A DNA stretch of 64,000 nt, from positions 15,388,850-15,452,849 of the forward strand of contig NC_068992.1 of assembly GCF_001194135.2 (NCBI RefSeq), read 5' to 3'. How positions within the stretch are numbered: the first letter of the stretch is position 1; the number at the start of each line of letters is the position of its first letter. The translations under genes and the position numbers were made by a program. Source of the DNA: Octopus bimaculoides. Its lineage: Eukaryota. The notes below the pieces were generated by a model. The model was not told the origin of the DNA. It worked only from the letters and a program-made list of their open reading frames with translations, and ran no database searches. Positions 38,089 to 50,813 of the stretch are shown one piece after another.

Positions 38089-38529
38089 CCAAAGAATAAA
38101 TATATAAATGCGGAATAGTCACAGATGGAACGCCTTTGATAGCTGACAGGAAGTTAAGCAACATCAATTACGACAACAAAGAAATATGTCATCACTTAAA
38201 TCGAATAAAGATGATTTGAATCCCAAATACAATAAAAGGTCGGCTGCTTCATTTGAAAGTAATGCTGAGAATATTATGATAAAAAGCATTGCGGATTAAG
38301 TCTGGTCTTTGACGGTATGGCGATAATGCCTGACAAGTTCGTGTCTCATGATATTCAATTCAATCAATGAATTACCATTTTCTGGAATAATAGTCTGGGT
38401 CTTCCGCAATTTCATCAATGTTTAGAATGGTGTTCAGACATGTGATTGATCAATTTGACTTCATTAACATTCTTATACAACCGCGATAAAAATGATATTT
38501 CCATGGTGAAAATTATTATTCATGTAGAC

Positions 38530-38776
38530 CCTGGTTTTCAACCAGGGTCCACATCACCCTTGGGAGTTCCTATAAGATTTTATTGTTAAAATTTATGTGC
38601 AATAAATCAGTTATTCTCTTATAATGCAAATATATTTTAACAATTCTTTATAGAATTTCTAATATTTAGTTATAAAATTTTTATTGCATTTTTAAAACAT
38701 CGAACGGTTTTGAGGATCCATCTGAGTAAAATACGAATCCAAGGGGTCCATAGATGAAAATGGTTGAGAATCACCG
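38530..38776. mobile_element. hAT (Charlie-like) MITE
   Basis: TIRs cctggttttcaacc (38530-38543) and ggttgagaatcaccg (38762-38776) resemble CAGTGGTTCTCAACC; flanks atgtagac / atttaaac match at 6 of 8 and fit an nTnTAGAn-type target. Confidence 0.7.
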
Positions 38777-39353
38777 ATTTAAACCTTTGGAAAGATGATA
38801 AATATGCCAATACGTTCTAACTTTTATACAAGGTCAGAAATTTTGGATAGTGAAGTTACTAGAAAGCTCACTTGCTATGTCACGCTGGGTAAACATTTAC
38901 TGAATTACTTTGAATCTGGCTGTTGTGAAAATAAATAAAATGACGTAGCAACCAGAAAGTTTGCAACTATATGCATAGATCTGTGGATAAGGCTTGTTAC
39001 ATGTGACTCGCGGAGTATAAGCACTGTGAAATGTCGCCTTTCAGTAAGTAAATTTAGGTCCCAGTGCTGCAGCAAGTATTGTATAGTTACTATATTTCGT
39101 ACATTTGAAACAATCCAACGCATAGAAATGAATAAATTACATAATGGATGATGTAATAGAAGTTATGAAACCCAGAACAGACAATATACGAAGTAACATA
39201 TTCCTCATTTGCCTAATTGTTCAATAAACAGAATGGCGCTGTGGAAGTACGATGCGCCCATGACAAAGCGGTCCGTAGGTCGAAGATATTCACTGCGACA
39301 TCTATTTTTGATATTTAATTATCGCATATGATTAATCTATAAATATACCAACC

Positions 39354-39388
<35 letters not shown>

Positions 39389-39492
39389 ATATATATATAA
39401 ATTAAAAACGTAAAATTAAAACAGAACACAATGGATTCCGCGGTACACGTGTTACAAGCTTTATACACAAACAGTCGTTGCATCATTATATG

Positions 39493-39530
<38 letters not shown>

Positions 39531-40844
39531 CATGTATATATGTATGTATTATCATATATATCTTGAAAACACTATATCTGGAAAAATTGATGGGGTGGGT
39601 TAGGATTTGAGTGGAGTTTGGTTACTCATTCTCGAGCATGTACAGTTGAACGAACTCTTACATGCTCTCATACGTGCTGGTCTGTCTATAATTGTTTATT
39701 TTGCTGACTTTGAATGTAATATTCGCAGCTGTTGATGAGTTGAATTCGTTAACAGAACAGGGATGCTATTCCTGTCTCGGATTTCTTCGTGAGAATGAAC
39801 GGGTTTAGGAATCTTAATGCTTGCTTTACTGTATTATTTCTGTTTTGACTTTTTTGTCTTCTTTTATCGTTTAATTTTCCAAACATCCTTCTAGTTGAAT
39901 ATCGCTATTTTGGTTGTTTACACAAAATCTTATTTAGTTTATATTAAATACGACGACCGTATCTCATTTGACTGAAGCAAAGTTAATTATAAACTGTTTT
40001 AAAGGTTTCCATATCTTAGGATTATTCATGTTTATTTCTCCACATCATTCTAAAGAATTCATTCATTAATATTCATTCAATCATTCATTCATTTCTAGGT
40101 AATGCAAAAATAGTATTGTTCAACAGTCAACTTACTGATTTTTCTATTTTCATTCAATTCTTTCTTTTTCATTTCTGTCTTTCTAGCATTTGAATATTTT
40201 GTGAAATTATATGATTTTTTTATTATGGTTATTTAGCTTAACCATCATAATTTTCGAGCAATACATAAATAAATAAAATTTAATATTACTTTAAAATTCG
40301 TGAAAAGATATTCTTACTTTGGGCATAAATATTAAGTACGTGACATTAATTTTGTAAAAATACATATAATATAACCAAACTAGTTTGTTAAGATAGGTTA
40401 ATAATCATAGCACGTGTGATAATCACACACAATCATTGCATTTCAATATAATTTCCAGTTCTGTAATGATCTGATATACCTCACGCCCAACGGTGATTCA
40501 ACATGAATGATGTAATTATTCAGAAATATCGGATCGTCTATGAAATAGTGTATCTACGTTGTCTTTAAAATTACAAATTTATATATGGTATATATATATA
40601 TATAAAGAGAGAGAGAGAGAAAACGACTTATATATACCCTAAATTAGCTCTTATTTCTAACAATGTAGGTGTTTTGTAACAACCTAATCATATTTAGCGA
40701 CAATTATAATTCTCCTCTGACGTAGCGGACAGAGACAACACAACAACAGGATTTTTCGCTTAGTACACATGATAATGTCCTATTTCCCGATTGGAGGCAG
40801 ATGTCTTAATGGTGTTGCACTTGTGATCATGAAATAGCGGTTGT

Positions 40845-41060
40845 GATGTTACACTTATATTCGTAAGATTGTGGCCTCGATTACTAGACCAGTTGGTCCG
40901 TCGTGTTCTTGAGCAAAATTCTTCATTTCATATCGCTCCAGTCCATTCTGCTGGCAAAAATGAGTAATCCTGTGAGGGACAGGCGCCACATCCAAGAGGG
41001 GATGTGTGCACTAGAGTATCCAGGAAAACGGCCTTTTGAATCTATGGCTCGGAAAAGACC
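40845..41060 (+). mobile_element. Diverged CORE-type SINE of a second subfamily
   Basis: gtgttcttgagcaaaattcttcatttcatatcgctccagtcc...aaaaatgagt; 3' part resembles the end of 62120-62413; a related remnant lies at about 33200-33420. Confidence 0.55.
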
Positions 41061-43024
41061 TTTTGTTATGTCTCAAGCTACTGCTATCTAGCACCTTCGG
41101 ATGATCGCTACTCAACCGCTACACAACCGCCACTCAACACACCTACCACGGCCAGACTACCTCTATTTATATGTCTTGGGAGATCCTACTTCTTCGCCTG
41201 GGGGCGTCGACACAACACCTTTGATCCTTTTTTCCCTATCTTAGCGAGGCTTTGTCAGTGCCATAGATCAGAGTACATGACCGTTACTGCAGTTCGTAGA
41301 AACTACTAATCTAAAAGGCTAAGTGGACTTCTGCGACATCTCTCCTCAGAACGTAAAGAGCCTGAAGAGATCCTATATCTGAGTTGTGTCCCACCCCCAA
41401 ACACACCCGCTAAACCCATAGCAATTATTGTCAAATTAATATCATTTGTAACCATAAAAAAGTCTTATCGTAATAAAATATGTGCTCAGATCTAAAGAAC
41501 ACATGTTTATCAAAGACCAACTTTTCTGTTGGAACAGAGACCCAGTAACATCAATGAAATGATTTGAGAATTCTACATGGAATCTCACAGAGCATTAAAT
41601 TCAATACAGTTTTTACAATTATGCAGCCTTGACTGTCAACTATAGTTTTGGTCAATTTTTTTACGTTTCTATTTTTGTATTTCTTTTTGCATTTTTGCTG
41701 CTGTCTTGTCATAATTGGTTGGTGTTGATGTTTCTATTTTCTGTCTTTATTTGTGTTCGTTTATTCTTTCGTGTTCTTTTTTTTAATCAATGCAGGCTAC
41801 TTTGGGAAATTTTTTTTCCATCGTTATTTCTGTCTGCTGTGAAGTTTACTTTTTCACCAATCATTTCCTCTTGGTTAATCACTAATACGTGTCTGCTCGT
41901 CAGTAACGAAACAGAAAAACAAGACAGCCGACATTTATATTTAAAAATAAAAAAAAGAAATGTATTCAACGAGGTGATGTTTAGTAATGAAATATATATT
42001 TTTTTTTATTTCGTCTCACTAACATATTATAAAAGATTGATTTGTGATTGGATTAAACTACATCCAAAAGTCTCTTGTCTCGCCATTTGCTCTTCTACGA
42101 TATAAACCATGTTTTACTCTCGTCATCTCTCTCTCTCTCACACACACACACATCTATTTTATTCAAGTTTCTAAAAAAAAGCTATAATTTGAAGAATACA
42201 AACACATGCATACACATACACATATTTATATACATATTTGTGTGTGTATGTGTGTGTGTAAAGCGAGACAGTGCCCACACACGTTAAAATCTGTATATAT
42301 ATATATATATATATAAATATATATATATATACGTATATACACCTACATATATATATGTGTGTATGCATGTATGTGTCTGTACACAGACATACATATATAA
42401 TTGACAGACAGATAGATTTAGAAACGGGCGTGAAATTACACATGTTTCAAAATTTTGTAGCTTCGTGCTTTCATTCAGGTGATGGCAATGAATATTTATT
42501 GGTGGCGCGAGGAGAAAAATGTCCTCTCCTGCGACTTTATCTAGTAAGGGTTGGCAATATATACAAATGTTAGGATGGCCCTGGCGTGGAGAGCTCAAAA
42601 TATCTCTATGTTTCACTGTTTAGTCACGTATAAAAGGGCAGCTACAACTTTATTCGCGGGGTCTCTAAGCGGACTGTGATATCTTGAAATTAAAGTTCTG
42701 CTCCGAATGCTTAAAAGTGATCGAAACAACACCAACTAATCGTATGACATATGATGGCTGATTAAATCAACCCACCCTTAACAAACGCGGAAAGCAAGAC
42801 AAAGAATCAATAAAAATACAGCAAAATGTAATGCCATTTTGCATCCCTGGGCTGGTATTTAATTTCATTGACCTCAAAGTGACGAAAGCTAAAAACAACT
42901 TATAGAAGAAGACACCACAAAAGAAACTAGAGAAATAAGCCATAAGAAGACTACAAATAGATACTACCACAAAGTACGACATGATACTACAGGAAGTTAT
43001 TGCCAGCACATATTCATTCCACCT

Positions 43025-43230
43025 TTTGGCACAAGGTCAGTAATTTCATGGGAGGAAGTAAGAGGATTACATCGACCCTAGTGTTCAACTGATGCTTATT
43101 TTATCGACCTCGAAAGGAGGAAAGGCACACTTGACCTCCGGTGGCATTTAAACTCAGAATGTAAAGACGGACGAAATGTTGCTAAGCTTTTTCCCGGCGC
43201 GCTAACGATTCTCCAACATGACGCCTTGTA
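43025..43230 (-). mobile_element. Nin/Deu-domain SINE inserted in a degenerate minisatellite
   Basis: ggcacaaggtcag...gattacatcgaccctagtg...ttatcgacctcgaaaggaggaaaggc. Confidence 0.8.
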
Positions 43231-44253
43231 CATAATACATGAAAACTACAAGCGGACACTATAAGAATAAAATACAAGGATACACTACAAGAAAAATGCT
43301 AAAGGATGACACAATATTATTCCAAGAAGACATTTAGAAGACATTACAAAATTACACTACGGGAAGATTTCTAGCAGACTGTGCAAAAATGCACTGCAAG
43401 ATATTACAGGAAAAGAGTACAAGATTACTCAAGGAAAACAGAAGCAAGAATACACTTACAAGAATATACAAGATATTTCAGGATGTCTACAAGAAATTAA
43501 GAAGATACGTTGCGAAAAGAATATAGAATTACACTTCTACAATATACTACGATAAACTCTACAAGAAAACGAGAAGACAATACATCAAGACGCTCAATGA
43601 ATATATCATACAATAACATTCGAAGAACAGACCGTCACCATAATAATGCATTGCAATAAAAGGTGTTTCTCATGAGTATATGTATTAAGACATAGTGAAC
43701 GGTCCTCTCCAAAACGCAAAACAGAATCCAGCAATTATCCATACATACAACTGTTCTGGTTCTCTTCATGTCGGCCGATGTTGACACAAGAAGCGACACA
43801 GATCGATGGAGCTTGACACAAGAATCATTGCGGTTGATACTTTCAGCGTTCAAATTTCTAGTAGATACACTCCAAAGTGTACCCTTCCATACTCCAAATC
43901 CTCCTCCAATAATTCTCCCGGGATTGGTGTTTTATTTATCGAATCTAGAGGGCTGAATGGTAACGGTAACTCCGAAGAAAATAGAACTCAGATCACAAAG
44001 AAACTCAAGAAATAACGCAAAGCATTTTGTTTTACGCTCTAACAAACCTGGCAATTCGTCACCTTGCTAAATACATACAAACAAGCATACACCCACGCAT
44101 AGAGAGAGAGAGAGAAGCGCATACAAACACAAACACCATATATATATATTATATGTATATATATAAATTGTGTCTATACGATTTTAGCTTGCAGCCACTA
44201 ACATTCATATCTCTCGTGAGTATTAATGTTCTTTTATATATTCATTTGCTTAA

Positions 44254-44286
<33 letters not shown>

Positions 44287-44789
44287 CAGACATACATACT
44301 ATCTATATATATATATATATATACTATATATACATATTAGAATAATACGCCAGCGGAATACGGAATATCGAAGCCTCTAGTAATGTCCCAACGATCACAA
44401 ATTTCATAATATTCACTCACATAACACAGCGATTACTGCCACAAAGATTACTGAATTACCAGCCATTACCTATGGTTTACATAGCTGAACGTATAAGAGT
44501 TTAAGATAGCTTAAACAAACAAATAATCAAACGAACAAGTAAACACACAAAAGAGAAATATAAAGTTAAATTCCAGCTCTGCTGCTTAAAATAACGACGT
44601 ATGTTAGTCTCTATAGCCTTTGTTTATCACAAGCTTTTAGCTATGTGCGGCAATATGGCGACTGAACACTGACGTCAATCTCTTAGGAGGAAATCGATAT
44701 ACATACTTATACAGATATACGCTTACAGATACATACATGTTCGCATATATATATATATATATATGTATATATGTGTGTGTATACACACA

Positions 44790-44835
<46 letters not shown>

Positions 44836-45387
44836 CATATATATATGTATATATAAAGTATATATAAACACATAAGGAATATATAAATATATATATATAT
44901 ATACAAATATATATATATATGTATACATATATTTATATATATAAAGTATATATAAACACATAAGGAATATATAAATATATATATATACAAATATATATAT
45001 ATACAAATATATATATATATGTATGTATAGGTATAAACATGCATATATATAAACACATACACACACATATACGTACATACATATACATACACACTAATAC
45101 ATATCCACAAACACGTTTATATAAGTGCCTGAACCAGAGGAGGACAATATCGATTCTTCCTGTAAATAGATTCATGAAGGTAGGATAAGGAGCAAAGGAC
45201 AAATTCGTCTTCATCCGTAACCACCAAAAATATATCACCACCAATCGCAACACAATTCATTTCAGCCAAGATTCGAAACAGGATCAGCAGCTTTGCAGAT
45301 CAGTTGATATTTGTTCTCATTAACAGAATGTAATGAAAGGTGATTTCTTACCTGTACCTTACTTCACCAATCCAACAATCTAATATT

Positions 45388-46120
45388 GTGTTTAAAATTC
45401 TGACACAATGTTAGCAAATTTGAAGGAGTGGGTAAGTCAATTAGGTCGACCCGAGTACGCACCTGGTACTTAATTTATCTCGACAGGATGAAAGGCAAAG
45501 TCGACCTCGGCGGAATTAGAACTCACTATGTAAAGACGAAAGAAATGTCGCTAAGCATTTCGATCGACATACTAAAAATTCTGCCAGCTCGCTGCCTTAT
45601 CCGACAATCTAATATTCTAATATTGATTTCAAATTTCAGCACAAGGCCAACAAGTTCAGAAGAGGGGGCAAGTCGATTACATTGACCCCAGTGTTCAACT
45701 GGTACTTAATTTATCGACTCCGAAAAGATGAAATGAAAAGACGATCTCGGCAGAATTTGAACTTGGAACGAAAAGACGGACGGAATGCCACTAAGCCTTT
45801 TTCCCGGCGAGCAAACGATTTTGCCAGCCCGCCAGCTTATCCTACAATCTAATATTAAATAATATTAACATGATTATATGCAAAGATTTCAAAGCAGCAG
45901 TATATGCTTTTTGGTTTAGGCACAAGGCCATCAACATTGAGAGGAATGAGTTAGTCTATCCTATCGCCCTACTACATCATAAACAGGGACTTTATATAAT
46001 CGACCCAGAAATGATGAAAAGCCATGTTGATCTCAGTGGGATTTGAATTCAGAACGGAGAGTGTCGGTAAAAATACTGCAATTTTTATTTTTTTTTTTTT
46101 ACCGGCGTTCTAGCGATTCT
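45388..46120 (-). mobile_element. Three co-oriented Nin/Deu-domain SINEs in tandem
   Basis: Copies at about 45388-45599, 45635-45839 and 45915-46120, each with the (a)tcgacc...atgaaa...gaatt(t/a)gaa pattern. Confidence 0.85.
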
Positions 46121-47295
46121 ACCTGCATGCCGCCTTAAAATATACCGGCATATGACTTAAGTTTTGACCTAGAACGAACGAACGGCAAAATTATCTCTAT
46201 TAAAGTGAAGTTACAATTCATCACGGAGAAGCAATTAACGAGGAACCATAATACATTTAGTTCGTCGCTGTACTATGCTTGCAACTCCGCAGTCTTTTAA
46301 ACTTTATATCGAAAACATTTTGAACTCGAATGGTGGATGCAGTTCCCATTTCTATCTGTAAATTACTAATGACGGAATATGAGAAGAATAGCTTCTGTGT
46401 TTTGTAGAATATTAATATATATTGAGATTGTAAAGATTCATTTAATGTCCATTTGGAACGTTTTATATTTTGGATTTATTGACACAATGCAGAAAATATT
46501 ATATAACCTAGTATATATTACACATTAATTTGTTATATTGTTTCTTGCGTTCAACTAAAGATCGGTGAAAGATACACTTCAGAGATTTTGAGACTGTAAA
46601 CGCCAGATTTTAAACAAGGATTTTCGTACGTGTTATGCTGCGAGTGTTTTACAAGCATGAACGTTAGGAGTAAATAATATTTTTATTTACAGTAGATATA
46701 TAAATCCTGAGTTATAATTTTACTTCGGAATAATATATCGTGAAACAAGCTGCCTAGAAACGTTTAGAGTGTGGCCTGATAACAGCGTAATATAAATACA
46801 TAGGAACCGGAGTATTTTATCTTCTCCATTCTACCATTATTCCCTGTTTATGTGTAAATTTATTTTATATGCTATTTCGTAATGGTGATGCTGCTGTTTA
46901 ACAAGTCAACACATGCACGCCAACGCCGTGCAATATAGAAATACGAGAACGATTCACTATTTTCTGTATATTGCTTATGTTTATACAAATATCGCAACTT
47001 GTGAGAAATATAAACACTACAAATCGTATCTCTGTAAATTACCATCATGATGATTCTAAAAGAAAGCAATAAAAGATGATTCGGAATGCTTTAAGACGCA
47101 ATGGTGAAAGCTCAGATTTCACCATTTCCAATGAATATAAATCCAAATTAATTTATTCTATTATTTTGGAAAACCACTCGCGTAAGAATATCAATGTATA
47201 TAAATATAAATGTACATATACATATATATATATACTTTTATATATACGTATATGTACACAATATATTTGTGCATATATACACATACATATATACA

Positions 47296-47336
<41 letters not shown>

Positions 47337-47534
47337 TGTAGCAAACTCAAAGAAGAAAATGCTTTTGGATCTGCATCATGGACAAAAGAAAGAAAATGGA
47401 TACCTGTTTATATCAAAATATGCTACTTGTTTCAAACGTTTAATACGATAGTTTAGTCACGCTGCAGGAGAAGGAAAACAAATTGAAATAAATTAATCCG
47501 TGATATTACCCTTGAATATTCACATCTCTATAAA

Positions 47535-47566
<32 letters not shown>

Positions 47567-48344
47567 NNNNNNNNNNNNNNNNNNNNNNNNNNNNNNNNNN
47601 NNNNNNNNNNNNNNNNNNNNNNNNNNNNNNNNNNNNNNNNNNNNNNNNNNNNNNNNNNNNNNNNNNNNNNNNNNNNNNNNNNNNNNNNNNNNNNNNNNNN
47701 NNNNNNNNNNNNNNNNNNNNNNNNNNNNNNNNNNNNNNNNNNNNNNNNNNNNNNNNNNNNNNNNNNNNNNNNNNNNNNNNNNNNNNNNNNNNNNNNNNNN
47801 NNNNNNNNNNNNNNNNNNNNNNNNNNNNNNNNNNNNNNNNNNNNNNNNNNNNNNNNNNNNNNNNNNNNNNNNNNNNNNNNNNNNNNNNNNNNNNNNNNNN
47901 NNNNNNNNNNNNNNNNNNNNNNNNNNNNNNNNNNNNNNNNNNNNNNNNNNNNNNNNNNNNNNNNNNNNNTATATATATATATATTCTTTCTTTTATTCTG
48001 CCTGTTCTTTCAATCACTGGGCAGTAGCCATACTAGTGCATCGTATTACGAGATGTCGTATATCAAATGAACCCAAGTACTTACATTATAAGTCACTTAT
48101 TGTATCTACCCTTTCGCTGAACTGTTAAGTTACGGATACACAAACGCAAGAATGTTGTAAATCAATAGCATTGTCCCTAGTACTGAGCTAGTATTATATT
48201 CTGTGGAACCCAAACGGTTGAAAGACAACGTTGGCCTTGGCGGGATTTGAACTTAGAACATTTTTTTCTGTTGCGATCTAACGATTCTGCTGATCGGCTG
48301 CTCTAATGTTAAAAGGGTATTATCTGATTATATTATTTTCTACT

Positions 48345-48542
48345 CGAGGCACAAGGCCGAAAATTCTGTGGAGGGGGCAGCCGATTAGATCGATACCAGT
48401 AAGTAAGTGGTACTTAATTTATCGACCCCGAAAGGATAAAAGGCAAAGTCGACCTCGACGGAATTTGAACTCAGAACGTAAAGAGTGACGAAATACCGCT
48501 AAGTATTTCGCCCGTTGTGCTAACGTTTCTGCCAGCTCGCCA
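48345..48542 (-). mobile_element. Nin/Deu-domain SINE, best-preserved copy
   Basis: ggtacttaatttatcgaccccgaaaggataaaaggcaaagtcgacctcgacggaatttgaactcagaacg. Confidence 0.9.
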
Positions 48543-49105
48543 AATTTGATTTTATTTGTATTAAAACTGCAATACAAAGAATTTTAAACACTGTGCTTTA
48601 GATTCATTCCGTATACCTTTCTTAAAAAAATGAGGGGAAAAAGACATTTGAGAGAGAATGTAATCTATGCTAGAGAATAGAACTTTATTATAAACATTTT
48701 CATTTTGACTGTTTTACTATCATTAGCATCTATTCATAGAATAAATATAAACCAATGTATTTTCACTGAACAGTTCACTGGATTATTTGCCAGATTTCAT
48801 CAAGCAATATACCTTCACTAAATAAGAATTTCCTAATACACTCCAGTATTTACATTTCTATTCTAAACGATTCTTTTTATTATTATTATTATTATTATCA
48901 TTATTATTTATGGACGCAGGTTCGTGCATCACATAACTAGCTAGTTGCAATCGCCTCTCGGAGCCAATCAACGGCAGCATCCGTGCTATTTCTATGGACT
49001 CATTCATCCTATTTCTATGGACTGCCACGTTAGTTTGGCAATAAATATTATTATCATCATCATCATTATTATTATTATCATTATTATTATCATCATTATT
49101 ATTAT

Positions 49106-49368
49106 AAAAAACTCTCGGACAGTTCTTAATTACCGGTTATTCTTTACTTGAAAGCAGCCAATAACAAATCACCAAAGGTGTCAAGTAGTGCCTTCTCCTG
49201 TGACGCAAAGAGACGATACTCTCCTTAGAATGCGAGCTGCACCCAACAATGCTGTCTTCCGGTTCACTTCGAGCCTTAAGCTCCAATATTCTTAATATGT
49301 TTTTCAAAGCTCTTGGAAACTGCTCCCAATGCTCCAGTTACCACCGGTATCACCATTACTTTCCTTTT
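49106..49368 (-). mobile_element. Short 5'-truncated R4/Dong-like fragment (endonuclease C-terminus plus 3' UTR)
   Basis: KRKVMVIPVVTGALGAVSKSFEKHIKNIGA then RKTALLGAARILRRV; same motif as the end of the 50814 element; TAA-type arrays on both sides. Confidence 0.8.
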
Positions 49369-49420
49369 ATTATTATTATTATTATTGTTATTATTACTAC
49401 TACTACTGTTATTATTACCA

Positions 49421-49980
49421 TTGAGTGAGAGAGCAGTGCATGCAATCAAAGTAACATTGGGGTACAAATATACGAAGCCCATTATACCCATCATGACTAC
49501 TCGTCTGATAAGGGTACACCAGGCACAGGCATCACAAACATATGTGCGCGACATGGTGATTCTATATCAAGATAAACAGCGCATGATCTTGCATGTGGGA
49601 CCCAGTCAGAATTTTCTTCAGGTCGAGTAGCCCATCCCACTCAAATAGTCCTTGAATAAGGGTTATTTAAAGATGTTGAACGAAACACCCTATGTTTCCA
49701 GAGGTGAATTATGTTCCCAGAGGTGAGTACTCTAAAGAATTCCTCTCAACACATGGCTATGATGCTCCCCAACTACTTCTGTTCGTGATCAGAGATGCAC
49801 ATATCGTAAGCCACCAAAGGACATGCTCAACTGGTTAAGGTCAAACAACTGACAAGCAAATCTGTGGTATTGAGCAGAATATTTGCTGTAGCCCATCTTT
49901 TATACTAGGACAAAACAATATACATAACACTTCCAATCAGTTAACATCAGAAGTCATGAGAGCCACTGCATCAGGGCATT
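49421..49980. mobile_element. Unclassified 560-bp element flanked by TAA/ATT repeats
   Basis: Complex sequence with sharp borders against microsatellite on both sides; no convincing ORF, TIR or Pol III boxes. High copy number is my recollection of octopus repeats and cannot be shown here. Confidence 0.5.
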
Positions 49981-50298
49981 ATTATTTCCGCGACATCATC
50001 GTAATCATCATCATTATCAACATCGTCATCCCTGTTCTTACAGATGTTTTTTTTTTTTTGTCATCATTGTTGGATCGTACATTCATTCATATTTTTCCCA
50101 TCCGTATATAAATGATGTGTAGATATCTGTTTGTGTATGTGTTTAAATATATCATGCATCAATGAACGTATACATACATACCTACGTACGTACATACATA
50201 CATACATACATTCATACATATGTATACGTTCATTGATGTATATATATGTATGTGTGTGTGTGTGTGTATGAGTGTATACGTTCATTGACGTATACTAT

Positions 50299-50346
<48 letters not shown>

Positions 50347-50813
50347 AAGTTACAGCATGATGTTTCTTTTCTTTGGTTTCTTATAAATGCTCATCTGTAA
50401 TAATTTTCTTTGTGTTCCTAACCTCCATTTATACCACGAGGAGAAGTATAACGATGATGATGATGACGACAAAAACAAGAACAGCAGCAATAACAATATA
50501 ATAGTCTCTGTGTTTATTCCTATGTATAGTCGTACATAGGAATAAGCTTTTATATCAACAATACGATGTTTTATCTTCGTATTACATCGATGCTTGATAC
50601 GTATGTGTGACTTTTTCTTTTTCTCTATGAAAATTGATAAAAATTATCATTTTCACCACCATCATCATCATCATCATCATTATTACTATTATCATTATTA
50701 TCATCATCATCATCATTTTTATTATCATTATTATTATCATCATCAACATTATTACTATCATTATTATTATCATCATCATCATTATTATCATTATTATTAT
50801 TATTATTATTATT

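Noticed and set aside
43635-43935. Minus-strand frame containing RIIGG, the trypsin-like activation motif
   Set aside because: The following sequence lacks the W..QVSL, C-G-G and TAAHC motifs; most likely coincidence.
45371-45856. Regularly spaced short direct repeats suggesting a CRISPR-like array (also 22255/22568)
   Set aside because: Eukaryotic context; the spacers are 210-290 bp and are SINE copies; no cas genes.
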